Assembly: GCA_964469165.1 (NCBI GenBank)
Contig: CAYXXZ010000001.1
Span: 72,405-136,404 of the forward strand
Reading direction: 5' to 3'
Source: an uncultured Porticoccaceae bacterium
Lineage (GTDB): Bacteria; Pseudomonadota; Gammaproteobacteria; Pseudomonadales; Porticoccaceae
DNA: 64,000 bases
Both the position numbers and the translations under genes were made by a program. Positions 46,811 to 57,274 of the stretch are shown here, one piece after another (position 1 is the first letter of the stretch; each line of letters begins with the position of its first letter). Below the pieces are notes generated by a model. The model was not told the DNA's origin. It was given only the letters and a program-made list of their open reading frames with translations, and did not search any database.

Positions 46811-47992
46811 TCACTCCGTAAAAGTGAGTGCCGCACCCTCCGCCTGCTCAAGGCCGTGAGCCTCGGCGACAAAACTCATATCCCACTCGATCTCACCGAA
46901 CAGATCTTGCTTGCTAAAGCCTCGAAGCTCATCGTAACGGCCAGCTTCAACTTTCTTGACCCAGTCCGGGTCACCGATCAATCCGCGACCGACTGCGACC
47001 AGGTCGAACTCGCCGTTATCGAAGCGTCGCCCCAGCTCGCGAAACCCGCTGATTCCGGTATTTTCTGCTTCGCGGTTGTCGAGCATGTTACTCATGACAT
47101 CACAGTCAAGCCCGACACTGCCAACGGCTATGACCGGTGCGTCGCTTAGCTCCTTGCACCAGCCCGCAAGACTGAGAGGAGAGCTGTCCCATTCAGGGGT
47201 ATAGAATCGACGCGTTGAGGGGTGAAAGATGTCAACTCCCGCAGCACGCAGCCCATTCAGCAGAACGCCGAGTTCTTCCGGGGTGTGGGCTATACGCGCG
47301 CTGAAATCCACCTCTTTCCACTGCGAGAAACGGAAGGATATGATGAAATCAGGACCCGTCACCGCACGAATACCGGCAACAATTTCAGCGGGAAAACGCA
47401 AACGCTGAGCAATGTCATCACCGCCACGTCCATCCGTGCGGCGATTGCTCTCGTCCCAAAGAAACAGATCCAGTCCGTAACCATGTGCACCATGCAGTTC
47501 GACACCGGCAGCGCCTATCTGTTGAGCGGAAACGGCGCTCTGAATGAACGCCTGCTTGATGCCCTCCAGTTCCTCCTCTGTAGCCGCTCGGCCGTTGGGA
47601 TTACCTTTCTGGACGAGGCCCGACGGGCTGAGGCTGGGGTAACCTTCCTGGTGCTTGCGTACCGCGCCCTCGTGCCAGAGCTGCAGGAACATATGCCCGC
47701 CGGCACGCGTTACGCCCTCGACACACGCCGCCCAACCCTCCATTGCAGGACCGTAGACATGGGCAGCGCCGGGCTGGCCCGACGCTGAAGGATGATTGAC
47801 GGCGGCTGATTCACCAATGATCAATGCCACGCCAGCGTCCGCACGACGCCGATAATAATCGACCATTCTTTGCGACGGCTTGCCATCTTCACACCAGCCA
47901 CGCTGCATTGCGGGCATTACGAAGCGGTTGCGCAGGGTTACACCCTTGATCGTGAACGGTGAAAAAAGGCCTGACAGGTCTGGCGTACTCAT
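46811..47992 (-). CDS. NADH:flavin oxidoreductase (Old Yellow Enzyme family)
   Basis: LFSPF.I+G.TL+NR.VM.PM.R, QLWH.G and G.DGVE+H.AHGY motifs. Confidence 0.9.
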   Translation of the reverse strand: MSTPDLSGLFSPFTIKGVTLRNRFVMPAMQRGWCEDGKPSQRMVDYYRRRADAGVALIIGESAAVNHPSASGQPGAAHVYGPAMEGWAACVEGVTRAGGHMFLQLWHEGAVRKHQEGYPSLSPSGLVQKGNPNGRAATEEELEGIKQAFIQSAVSAQQIGAAGVELHGAHGYGLDLFLWDESNRRTDGRGGDDIAQRLRFPAEIVAGIRAVTGPDFIISFRFSQWKEVDFSARIAHTPEELGVLLNGLRAAGVDIFHPSTRRFYTPEWDSSPLSLAGWCKELSDAPVIAVGSVGLDCDVMSNMLDNREAENTGISGFRELGRRFDNGEFDLVAVGRGLIGDPDWVKKVEAGRYDELRGFSKQDLFGEIEWDMSFVAEAHGLEQAEGAALTFTE

Positions 47993-48233
47993 TATCGTCT
48001 CCTATGATTATCTGCGATCAGGCCAGAGGCGTAAGGATAGCGAGCGACTCGCTTTTACCTTGTTCCTGGTCGTGACCACGTTTTTTTGAAAATTTTTCCG
48101 CAAAGCGATATCCGGTAAAAACGCCGGCGAAACGATTTGCGTAGTTGACGATAGACTGTAAAGGCAGCTCTCGTTGCTGTCGCGCCCCGGGAGTGCCAAA
48201 TGTGCGGCTATTCAGTGCCAGCGTGGAATACTT

Positions 48234-49172
48234 TCAAAGCTTGCGTGCAAACTCCCGTGGCGTGCAGCCATGAATTTCGCGAAATGCCTTGGTGAAGGTT
48301 GCCATTTTGATGAATCCGCAACGGTAGGCAGCCTCGCTGATGGAAATCCTTGTATTGCCTGCAAGCTCCACCGCAGCCTTCTGAATTCTCAGCTCTCGCA
48401 GGGCCTGCGCGAAGCTCTCACCAGCCTCACTGAATTCCCGGTAGAGTTGGCGCCTGGACAGGCCACAGGCATCGGCAACCTGATCGGAGTGAAGGAATGG
48501 GTCGCGAAAGTGTTCCTCAAGATAATCGCGGATACGCACCATGCGGGTCGAGCGCTCCGAGTAGCCACCTGATATCGCCGGCTGCCTCAGCACGGTGCGC
48601 ACCAGGCGCGCGCAATCGGGCAGAAGTTCCCGCAGGGCGCGCTCCGCCTGCCTGTCCCGAGTTTCCCCTGCCTGCGCCAATGCACGCAGGGACGCGGCCA
48701 GCACCAGGCCAGTGCCGTGATAAGCCGAAACGACCTTGATACCGACATCCATATCGTAGCGACTCTCTGTGCTTTCCAGGTAATCACAGGGAATATGTGC
48801 CACCAAGTAGTGAAACAGGCCGGCATTCTCGAACTCGTAGGCATCATTCCAGCGCGCCAGAGTGACGCAACCCGCCTGGCCGAGCACTCGGGACTGCATC
48901 CTTGGCGCACTATTGCCTGCAAGAGGCAGCGTGATCAGGGCATAATCTCTCGGAGGACGGACACCCGGCTCGGTCTTGACATGAACTCGATCATGGCTAC
49001 TGATACTTGTGAACCACCAATCTCCGATCCACGAGACACGGTAGCTCAAACGTGGGTTCTCCTCACTGGAATTTGCCAGGTAGCCATGGCCCGCCAGTTC
49101 ACGGAAGGCGGTTGGCATACGCCTTACCATCGAGGCATCTGCAAAGGACAATATGGGCTTTGGTGTGTACAC
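48234..49172 (-). CDS. AraC-family transcriptional regulator
   Basis: C-terminal double HTH (...+A.A.G+S.R.L.R.F.......F......R+..A...L......SI.E.A...GF.....F.+.F+...G.TP+EF). Confidence 0.85.
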   Translation of the reverse strand: MYTPKPILSFADASMVRRMPTAFRELAGHGYLANSSEENPRLSYRVSWIGDWWFTSISSHDRVHVKTEPGVRPPRDYALITLPLAGNSAPRMQSRVLGQAGCVTLARWNDAYEFENAGLFHYLVAHIPCDYLESTESRYDMDVGIKVVSAYHGTGLVLAASLRALAQAGETRDRQAERALRELLPDCARLVRTVLRQPAISGGYSERSTRMVRIRDYLEEHFRDPFLHSDQVADACGLSRRQLYREFSEAGESFAQALRELRIQKAAVELAGNTRISISEAAYRCGFIKMATFTKAFREIHGCTPREFARKL

Positions 49173-49305
49173 GCCTTACCTGCTTATTCGAAGTCTCTCC
49201 CGATTCTAGGCCGCGCGGTTCGAGGTGTCCATTGCTGCGCAAAGAGGTAGTCAGGCCTCCGCGCCGGTTGTGATGAAGATGACAACGCCCCATATATAGC
49301 GGTTG

Positions 49306-49983
49306 ATGGTACGATCACCACCCGCACGACGCACAGGACAGAAGACAGACCCGGAGGCCAAATTGGCAAGACCCAGTAAACGAAACGAAGTGATCCAGGC
49401 CGCTGCCTCGCTGATTGGCGAGAAGGGCCTTGCCGCCGTGACGGTGCGCGACATTGCCGCCGCGGCCGGTTTGCGGCCGTCCACCATCTATCGGATCTTT
49501 CCCAGCAAGGAAGAAATTTTCGAGGAGGTTCTCCACAAGGTTCTCGGTGAATCGGATCGCTGGCGGCACCATTTTCTGAACACGGGCGCCTCGCCGCAAG
49601 AAAAAATCAAGTCGACCGTCTTCTACTCGCTCAAGGATGATGTAACCCTGCAATTTCACCGCAAGATACTTCAGCGCGCGCTGGTGGATGAAGATCTCAC
49701 CACCCTCAATCTGATCCAGGAGCTGTCGAACCAGTCAGAGATCCTGGTGGAAGCCATTACCGCCCTCAAGCCCGACAAGGACCCCTGGTTTTTGTTCTAC
49801 ACCATTGTCGGCCTGGCGCTGGGCTACGTCAGTTATCGCCCGGTATTCAAACTGCTCAATGCGCCCCCCGCCATCGAACAGGACAACCTCACCCTGACGG
49901 ATGAAATCCTCGCCATGACGATTCCACATATCGACTGGAAAGCAGTATCGATACTGCCCGCGCCACCGAGAAAACAGACTTGA
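49306..49983 (+). CDS. TetR-family transcriptional regulator
   Basis: The N-terminal HTH is R.E+I.AA..LI.E+G....TVRDIA.AAG+...T+Y..F.SKE.+. It is divergent from the AraC gene. Confidence 0.85.
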   Translation: MVRSPPARRTGQKTDPEAKLARPSKRNEVIQAAASLIGEKGLAAVTVRDIAAAAGLRPSTIYRIFPSKEEIFEEVLHKVLGESDRWRHHFLNTGASPQEKIKSTVFYSLKDDVTLQFHRKILQRALVDEDLTTLNLIQELSNQSEILVEAITALKPDKDPWFLFYTIVGLALGYVSYRPVFKLLNAPPAIEQDNLTLTDEILAMTIPHIDWKAVSILPAPPRKQT

Positions 49984-50041
49984 GAGCACTCATTCCCGCG
50001 GAACAACTGCCCGCCATGCGACGGGCAGCATTCTCAACCGC

Positions 50042-51061
50042 CTAACGCGATATTTTCTTCTTGATAATGCGCCCGTAATCGTTCCAGAAGGCGTGGTTGT
50101 ACCAGCCGTAGCCTTTCTTTCCATCGTCCATTTCAAAAGACAACAACATAAAATCGTTGTACAACGATAGCCACGGACACATGGGCACCGCCGCTCGTCG
50201 CTGTGCCTTCACCTTGTGCACCCGGCCAAGGTCGTCTTCCATTTCGCATTCCCAGGACGTTTCACGTAAGAAATCCTCTGGGTCATACTTACCAACTTTC
50301 CTGATTTTTCTGATCTTGCTCAACTGGCCATCCCGGTGGATCCAACCCTGCATGAACAATTCATCATTGGTGAAATTGTAATGCTCCGCCCAGGGCGGGC
50401 CACTTTCCGGATCATCGGAACAGCTGAAATTGAACACGATCGAAGCATCATCCGAAATGCAGCTGGCGTAGGACAGCGGTGGGTGCAGCGTCATTGCTTC
50501 CGACCGTACTCCCCGATAGGAACGGTCGCGCATTGAATAACAATCGACCTTGAGCGCCTCACCATTCAACACCAGATCACCCGTCACATGGAGGGGCTGT
50601 TCGAAGTGCAATTTCCCGGCTTCCTGTACGGGAGGAAACAGGGCGCGGGTATTCAGGCGAAAGCTGGTGTTGGTAGGCTCATGTTCGTACAGGAGTTCAT
50701 GCGCGACCAGGGGCTCGACGATACGGATTTTCAGGTTGATATCAGGAATGGTGATGGTATCGCCATCCACGTCAGGGTAGGGCAGATACTGGTAAATATT
50801 GAAGTGCTCCACTTCGTGCGGATAGCGGTTGACCCCTTGCCAGATCATCACACAGGATGTCGCCATGCGCAATTCTGCATGAATCCACAGATAGATATAG
50901 GCGATCAGGTCTCTTTCCGGAATCTGAAAGGAAAACAGGTAGGTTTCATTCTTCAAGCCCGGAGGCGTCGCGTCCTTGCTCAGCAGGTAATCATATTCCT
51001 TGCCAACGATATCCAGGCCACCGTCTTTTTCTGCCTTGAGATAGGCCAACAGGTCTGTCAT
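50042..51061 (-). CDS. conserved hypothetical protein (no domain recognised)
   Basis: 339-aa ORF with host-like codon usage, sitting directly upstream of (same strand as) nothing recognisable and downstream of a TonB-dependent receptor. Confidence 0.55.
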   Translation of the reverse strand: MTDLLAYLKAEKDGGLDIVGKEYDYLLSKDATPPGLKNETYLFSFQIPERDLIAYIYLWIHAELRMATSCVMIWQGVNRYPHEVEHFNIYQYLPYPDVDGDTITIPDINLKIRIVEPLVAHELLYEHEPTNTSFRLNTRALFPPVQEAGKLHFEQPLHVTGDLVLNGEALKVDCYSMRDRSYRGVRSEAMTLHPPLSYASCISDDASIVFNFSCSDDPESGPPWAEHYNFTNDELFMQGWIHRDGQLSKIRKIRKVGKYDPEDFLRETSWECEMEDDLGRVHKVKAQRRAAVPMCPWLSLYNDFMLLSFEMDDGKKGYGWYNHAFWNDYGRIIKKKISR

Positions 51062-51144
51062 AACATTTTTCCTCTAGCTTCAATTTGTGTCACGGCGCCG
51101 GAATACCACCCGGGCGACCGTGACAGCGCTGCTTCATTTCCGTA

Positions 51145-53313
51145 TCAGAACAGATTGACATCGACACCCACAGCCCAGGTTCGGGGTGCGTCCGGTGAGC
51201 CGAGATCACCGGTCGATCCGGAGAAGGCATAACTCAGGAAATATTCATCCGTGAGATTCTTGCCACTCAGCCACAGTGTATATTTTTCACCGTCGCCGCC
51301 GAATGCATAGCTGACCTTGGCATTCACTACGTTATATGCATCTTGCGCGATACGGTTGTCCGCTTCCCAATAAAAGCCGTCGTTGTAATAGTAATTACCG
51401 CTGAAACCGAGCGTACCCGCACCAGCCGGAATACTGTAATCGAAGCCGATGTTGACGGTGTAATCGGGAACCTGCAGCATTTTATTGCCCGACAGGTCGG
51501 CATTTTCAACGATATTACCGCCCACCCCTGTTGGCCGGGAGCTGACACCCGCCGGGAAGTCATCGTATTCAGCATCGATGACGGAGAGGCCAGATCTCAA
51601 CTCCAGCAAGCCGCGGCCGATTTCCGTCACATAGATTGCCTCTGCTTCCATACCCTTGATTTCGGCGCTGGCCGCGTTGAATACCGTGGTAATGGCGTTA
51701 TCCAATGTGAATAGCTGGATATCCTTGAAGTCGTAGTAGTACGCCGAAAAATTCAGTCGCAGACTGTTGTCGAGAAGATCGGTCTTCATACCCACTTCAT
51801 AGGCATCGACAATTTCCGATTCCGTGGCGTCCTGGGCAAGGTTGCCTGAGTTGAATTCACCACTTTTGAAGCCGCGGCTGTAACTGGCATAAGCCATGAC
51901 TTCATCGCTGAACTGATGATCCAGAGCCAACTTCCAGGTGGGCTCTCTGATGGTTTTACTTTTGTTTGCCGTGGCAAGAACCACACCGGCACCCAGGGGG
52001 AAACCATCCGTCGTGACCTGGACGCCATCCAGATCGCGCTCATCCACGGTGTAGCGTATCCCCGCCGTCACCCCGGTGCGCTCAGTGATGGCATAGGTGA
52101 GTTCGGCAAATCCTGCATAGGAAAACAGTTCCTGCATACCGAAGGTCTCAAAATTCGCACCCGCTACCAGAGGACTCCAGATTCTCAGTGGATCGAAGCC
52201 AGCTTCGGATTGGTAGAAAAACAGGCCGGCTGTCCAATCCAGTTTCTCGCGCGAGCCCACGAACAAAAATTCCTGCTGGGTAGATTCCGTGTTGTCGAAC
52301 AGACGCGCATTGGTGATGGGCTGGGTGGAACCCTCGTTGTCGAGCGTGAAGTCACTGTGGAATTTGCGGTGTGAGGTGAGTGAGGAAAAAGTTCCCCAAT
52401 CGAAGAAATGCGAGTATTTGAGACTTACACCCCAGTGGTACTGATCGTAGTTCACGGAATCGTGATCGGCATTGATATTGTAATCCTCGGTACCCACCTG
52501 GCCGTCGATGAGTATCGAGCCGGGAAATGCCTTGCGCGAACGGCCAATGTCGCTGTCTCTGGTACTATAGTCGTAACTCAGCAAGACCTCGTTTGTATCC
52601 GAGGGCTTCCACAGCACTTTCGCACGAATGGCCTGCTCTTCGTGAATGTTGACTTCTTCGCCAGTGAACAGGTTCTTTCCCCAGCCTTCCCGTTGATTGC
52701 TGGAGGAAACCGCCACATTGGCGGCCAGAGTATCGCCGCCCACGTTTGCATACAGGTTGGCATTGGTTGTGCCGAAACGACCGTGACTGACGGACGCCTG
52801 TGCCTCCGGCTCCGCGGAAGGGTTCTTGGTAATGATATGGAGAATACCACCACTGGAGTTGCGCCCGAACAACGTACCCTGAGGCCCTTTGAGCACTTCG
52901 ACTCGCTCGATACCAGCCAGTGACAGCAGGTTGCCGCCCTGCACCTGATAATAAACGCCATCCACATAGGTGGCGACGGACGCCTCGGCGCCCGGCCCGG
53001 TATTCGGCGTCGTCACACCGCGAATGGACGGCATGGTCGAGCCCGCGCGCTGCGTGACGTTCAATCCCGGCGTGGCCATCTTCAGCTCCATTGAGCCGGG
53101 AATACCCAACGCGCCCAAACCGCGCGCATCGAAGGACGATACCGCGAGCGGCACATCCTGCATGCTCTGTTCGCGACGCTGTGCCGTCACCACCACTTCT
53201 TCAATCACGGCGCGAGATTGCGCGTGGACGACAGTGACACCACTGGCTGCCACGGCAACCGACGCCATGAGCAGATAATTGGTTGATTTTCCAAATTTGA
53301 AAACTGTTGTCAT
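51145..53313 (-). CDS. TonB-dependent receptor 2
   Basis: 722 aa with signal peptide, plug motifs (IEEVVVTAQRREQS+QDVP+AVS, +ERVEVLKGPQGTLFGRN..GG) and a terminal ...VDVNLF. Confidence 0.9.
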   Translation of the reverse strand: MTTVFKFGKSTNYLLMASVAVAASGVTVVHAQSRAVIEEVVVTAQRREQSMQDVPLAVSSFDARGLGALGIPGSMELKMATPGLNVTQRAGSTMPSIRGVTTPNTGPGAEASVATYVDGVYYQVQGGNLLSLAGIERVEVLKGPQGTLFGRNSSGGILHIITKNPSAEPEAQASVSHGRFGTTNANLYANVGGDTLAANVAVSSSNQREGWGKNLFTGEEVNIHEEQAIRAKVLWKPSDTNEVLLSYDYSTRDSDIGRSRKAFPGSILIDGQVGTEDYNINADHDSVNYDQYHWGVSLKYSHFFDWGTFSSLTSHRKFHSDFTLDNEGSTQPITNARLFDNTESTQQEFLFVGSREKLDWTAGLFFYQSEAGFDPLRIWSPLVAGANFETFGMQELFSYAGFAELTYAITERTGVTAGIRYTVDERDLDGVQVTTDGFPLGAGVVLATANKSKTIREPTWKLALDHQFSDEVMAYASYSRGFKSGEFNSGNLAQDATESEIVDAYEVGMKTDLLDNSLRLNFSAYYYDFKDIQLFTLDNAITTVFNAASAEIKGMEAEAIYVTEIGRGLLELRSGLSVIDAEYDDFPAGVSSRPTGVGGNIVENADLSGNKMLQVPDYTVNIGFDYSIPAGAGTLGFSGNYYYNDGFYWEADNRIAQDAYNVVNAKVSYAFGGDGEKYTLWLSGKNLTDEYFLSYAFSGSTGDLGSPDAPRTWAVGVDVNLF

Positions 53314-53347
53314 TTCGTTATCCCCTCTTTGGTTTCAGAACTCTGAA

Positions 53348-54124
53348 CTATTTCCTGTTGATGAACGCCTTGACCCGATCTACATAGCCGGGCTCGAGCA
53401 CGCAGCGGCTGACGTCAGTGGCCTCCTGCTTGAGATGGTCGGCAAGCGAGCGCGTGGTGACCGCGTTGAGCGCATGCTTGGCCAGGCCAACTGCGGGCCG
53501 CGGCATGGATGCCAGACGCTCGGCCACCTGCTGCGTTTTGCTTTCCAGCTGCTCGTCGGGCACGACCCAGTTGACCAGACCGAATTCCTCCGCGACGGCG
53601 GCGGACATGCGCTCCTCCATCAGGCAGTACTGCTTCGCTTTTTTCATGCCCATGGTCCACATCAATTGGTAGGGCACACCCACGTCGGGCATCGAGCCCA
53701 GATTCAGGGTTGCGATTCCGAATTGCGTGGTCTCCGAAGCCACCACCAGGTCGGTGCCGACGGCAAGGCCGAAGCCGCCGCCCAACGCCAAGCCCCGCAC
53801 ACTGGAAACGATGGGCTGGGGAATCCGCTCCATGGTGGTGAAAATACGGTTGGTCAGCTCCATACGCTTGCCGAACAATGCTCCTCTTTCCCGGGGCGTC
53901 AGTACCGCGAATTCATTGAGGTTGCCAATATCGGTACCGGCGCTGAAATGCTTGCCCTCGGCGCACAACACGACACAGGCAATGTCCGGGTCGTGTTCGA
54001 TTTCCAGGAGTTTGTCGTTGAGCTGATCCCACATTTCGAAACTCACCGCGTTGTATTTTTCCGGGCGGTTGAGCTTGATGGTGGCAATACCGTCTTTGCT
54101 GTAGTACAAGATATCTTCTGACAT
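53348..54124 (-). CDS. enoyl-CoA hydratase/isomerase (crotonase family)
   Basis: +A.I.LNRPEK.NA.....W..L.......E.D......V+L..EGK.FSAG.D+ and GLA+GGG..LA...D. ATG 54124 is chosen. Confidence 0.9.
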   Translation of the reverse strand: MSEDILYYSKDGIATIKLNRPEKYNAVSFEMWDQLNDKLLEIEHDPDIACVVLCAEGKHFSAGTDIGNLNEFAVLTPRERGALFGKRMELTNRIFTTMERIPQPIVSSVRGLALGGGFGLAVGTDLVVASETTQFGIATLNLGSMPDVGVPYQLMWTMGMKKAKQYCLMEERMSAAVAEEFGLVNWVVPDEQLESKTQQVAERLASMPRPAVGLAKHALNAVTTRSLADHLKQEATDVSRCVLEPGYVDRVKAFINRK

Positions 54125-54231
54125 AGTGATCGATCCTCTCTCGTGATGAACGGCGCTGAGAGCATTTTCATACGACCCGGCACCGCGTAGCATTTTGTTT
54201 AGACAATGATCGCAACTGCGGATTTGCGACG

Positions 54232-54350
54232 AGTTGAGCTATAAGCCGTAAGTTAAACTCGAGCAGAGCTCCGTTCTTTCAAAGCGCCTGCTTAAAGCTT
54301 ATGGCTTACAGCCAGCTCTGCCTCACACAAGGCCGTAGCCTGGGTTTCCA
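54232..54350. repeat. repeat family 3, copy C
   Basis: GTTGAGCTATAAGCCGTAAGTTAAACTC...CTGCTTAAAGCTTATGGCTTACAGC...CCGTAGCCTGGGTTTCC. Confidence 0.75.
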
Positions 54351-54351
54351 A

Positions 54352-55032
54352 TTACTGTGAAAAGCCGTGAAAGCGCACAAAATTCTCGACCGACTCGCGC
54401 TCCGTCACCAACCTGTTAACCGGTGCCGTGTCATCCACATGCCCCAGCGACATACCAACCACGACATACTGTGACTCTGGAATATCCAGAACTCGCTTGG
54501 TCACGGTCCAGAAGTCGTGCCAGGCGCCGTGCATGCAGACGCCGAGCCCGCGGGATTCCGCCACGAGGGCAATGGACTGCATGAGAATTCCCAGATCGAT
54601 GTAATTCATGAAATCCAGATCTTTATCCATGCTGAAAATCATTCCGACCGGTGCATCAAAGAATTTATAATTTCGTCCCCACTGGTCCCACATCGCCTGC
54701 TGATCGCCCTTGGGAATTTCGAGCAGGCCATACATGTCCTTGCCCAATTTTTTCATACGCGCGAGGAAGGGATCGCGACGCCAATCCGCCATGACAAATT
54801 CGGCGCTGGCATCGGAAGGACTGTTTTCCCGGTGTGCAAGAATTGCCTCGACAAGTTCGCGGCGCGCCTCACCCGTCACCACATGCACATTCCAGGGCTG
54901 AATGTTGGTGCTCGACGGCGCCCGCGATGCAATTTCGAGTATTTCCCTGACCGTGGCAAAAGGAATGGCGTCTGGCCTGAAAGCTCTGATGGAGCGGCGT
55001 TTTCTTAAAGCATCTTCAACGTTCAAGATCAT
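54352..55032 (-). CDS. nitroreductase-family protein
   Basis: +RRS.R.F......I.......IL..A..APS..N.QPW. Confidence 0.8.
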   Translation of the reverse strand: MILNVEDALRKRRSIRAFRPDAIPFATVREILEIASRAPSSTNIQPWNVHVVTGEARRELVEAILAHRENSPSDASAEFVMADWRRDPFLARMKKLGKDMYGLLEIPKGDQQAMWDQWGRNYKFFDAPVGMIFSMDKDLDFMNYIDLGILMQSIALVAESRGLGVCMHGAWHDFWTVTKRVLDIPESQYVVVGMSLGHVDDTAPVNRLVTERESVENFVRFHGFSQ

Positions 55033-55066
55033 CTCCGGAAATCAGCTATACAAAAATTCGGCAGGG

Positions 55067-57253
55067 TCAGGCGATAACCCTTGCCGCACGCAACCTGTCG
55101 ATTTCGGTGGTGGGCATTCCCAGGCCGCCCAGGATGGCGTCGGTATCGCGGCCGAGTTCAGCTACTGAAGGCAGGGGCTGTTGCCCGACATCAGCAAAGC
55201 CCAGCAGGGAGCCCACTGCCGAGACACGACCATGGCGTTCGCTGTTTTCTTCGGCAATCAACAGCCGATCCTGTGCACAAGGGTTATCCAGCAGCGCCTG
55301 CCAACCGTCCGGGGCACAGGCTTCGGCCCACACATTCATCCCCTGCAATTTCTGCAAAATGGTATCGACCGGGTGCACGCGGATGCGCGCGGCAATTTGT
55401 GCACCATCCTCTTCGGACCAGGTCTTTTCGGAATCGATTTCCAAATCCAGTATTTTCATTAATGCGGCTTTCATCGCCGGTGTTCGAGCCGCTATCGCGA
55501 TCCAACCGTCCGCGGCCTCGAAAAGCCGCTCCGACTCGCTGTATCCCGTGCGCGTGCTATTCAACAAGGGCGCGCCGACGAATTCACCATCGGGCGTCTG
55601 AACGAGTTCCGCCATCATGTACAGGCCCGCCTTCAGGAGGCTGCCGGACATTTCCGCGACGCGGCCTGTTCTCTCGCGTTCCAATAGCGCCTGAAGAATG
55701 GCGAGTGCACCGATTGCACCCACCGCGTAATCAAGCACGGCCACGTTGTATATGTCCGGATCGTTACCCTTGCCGCCGAGACGCATGGAGTGGCCCGTGA
55801 AAGGCTGTGTCACCGGGTCAAATCCGGAGTTGCTGGCCATCGGGCCGTGCAGCCCAAAAGCGGTGGCATGAAAGCTGATGAGAGAAGGATTGATTTTGCG
55901 CAATGATTCCGGATCGATTCCCAGGCGCTTTTCCACACCAACACGATAGTTGTGCATCAGCACGTCAGCACTGCCGCACAGTCTCGCCAGCAGTTCACGT
56001 CCTTCGTCAGTTTTCAGATCTATGGCGATATTGCGCTTGCCGCGATTCGACGACGCGAAAATCCGCGTCATGGCGCGTACAGGGTCGCCGCTCACCGGCT
56101 CCACCTTGATGACTTCGGCACCCAGGTCACTGAGCAACTTGCCACCAAACGGCCCCGCAACCCACTGTCCAAGGTCGAGAATCCTGTAGCCTGCAAGAGG
56201 ACCTGAAGCCTGCGCGTTGCCGACTTCGCGCACATTGTGTTTGCCAGGATCGTGAAAACGAATATCCACGGGCAGGCCCGTGTAGCGCCAGCCAGCGGCA
56301 TTTTTCTGAATGACGGGATTTTCCCTGACTTGCTGATCATCCCAGGCTTCACCAGGCTCAAGGACAGCCATGGCAGGCACTTTCTCGGCCCATAGGCGCG
56401 GCAAAACCTGGTCGCGCGTCTGCTGCGCAAATGCCGGCTCCAGCAAATCGCGATCGGCAAAATAATTTCTCAGACCTCGGCTTATATCCGGCAAAAAGCG
56501 ATCGCCAGGGTCTACTTCGCGCTCGATATCCAATGCCCGATAGGTGCCGGCCAGTGAACCAGGCACACCAAAGACAGAGACCACATATTTACCATCCTTG
56601 CAACGCCATACCGACTGCTTCGCTCCTCGTGGCGTACCGGCCAGAAATCCGGCATCCGGATTTTCCACAGACGACCACACGCCCTCCATCCACATGGCCA
56701 CGCCCTGTTGCATCGATGCTTTGAGGCTTTGTCCAACACCGCTGCGGCCGCGCTCGATCAGAGCGCCGTAGACGCCGATAAGCGCGAGCAAGGCGGCGCC
56801 GTAGGATGGCAGTGGCGCTCCCATGGCTATGGGGCGATCCGCCATCTGCTCATTGACAAGGCCTGTGCGCGCCTGCGCCAGAACATCGACGGCAGGTCTG
56901 TCACTGGCGTCAGCGGTCACATAGCCGCACATATCGATAACGACAAGCCGGGGATAGCGCTTGCGCAAGTCGCTGGCGTCGAACCGCCAATCCAGATCGG
57001 GGTAGGCTTCACCGCCTATGATGCACACATCCGCGCTGCCAAGCTGTTGTTCCAGCGCAGCGGCGGACAGCAACGTCGCCCGTTGATGCCATATGGGGTA
57101 AGCGGGATAAACCTGATAAAACGGGTCTCCGCCCGGGGGCTCGAGCCTTGCAACCCGGGCTCCGAGATGAGCCAAGGTCTGCGCAACGATGGCGGCGGCC
57201 ATACCGATACCGAGATCCACTATTTTCAGGCCTGCCGCATCTGCGTCTGCCAT
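55067..57253 (-). CDS. family III CoA-transferase (CaiB/BaiF), two complete modules fused in tandem
   Basis: 728 aa. Module 1 reads LKIVDLG.G.AAA...Q.LA.LGA.V.+LEPP.GDP. Module 2 reads LAGYRILDLGQWVAGPFGGKLLSDLGAEVIKVEP.SGDP...N+GKR...+DLK...G and GFD...Q..TG. Confidence 0.85.
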   Translation of the reverse strand: MADADAAGLKIVDLGIGMAAAIVAQTLAHLGARVARLEPPGGDPFYQVYPAYPIWHQRATLLSAAALEQQLGSADVCIIGGEAYPDLDWRFDASDLRKRYPRLVVIDMCGYVTADASDRPAVDVLAQARTGLVNEQMADRPIAMGAPLPSYGAALLALIGVYGALIERGRSGVGQSLKASMQQGVAMWMEGVWSSVENPDAGFLAGTPRGAKQSVWRCKDGKYVVSVFGVPGSLAGTYRALDIEREVDPGDRFLPDISRGLRNYFADRDLLEPAFAQQTRDQVLPRLWAEKVPAMAVLEPGEAWDDQQVRENPVIQKNAAGWRYTGLPVDIRFHDPGKHNVREVGNAQASGPLAGYRILDLGQWVAGPFGGKLLSDLGAEVIKVEPVSGDPVRAMTRIFASSNRGKRNIAIDLKTDEGRELLARLCGSADVLMHNYRVGVEKRLGIDPESLRKINPSLISFHATAFGLHGPMASNSGFDPVTQPFTGHSMRLGGKGNDPDIYNVAVLDYAVGAIGALAILQALLERERTGRVAEMSGSLLKAGLYMMAELVQTPDGEFVGAPLLNSTRTGYSESERLFEAADGWIAIAARTPAMKAALMKILDLEIDSEKTWSEEDGAQIAARIRVHPVDTILQKLQGMNVWAEACAPDGWQALLDNPCAQDRLLIAEENSERHGRVSAVGSLLGFADVGQQPLPSVAELGRDTDAILGGLGMPTTEIDRLRAARVIA

Positions 57254-57274
57254 GGGAAGTCTCCTTATCTTTAT

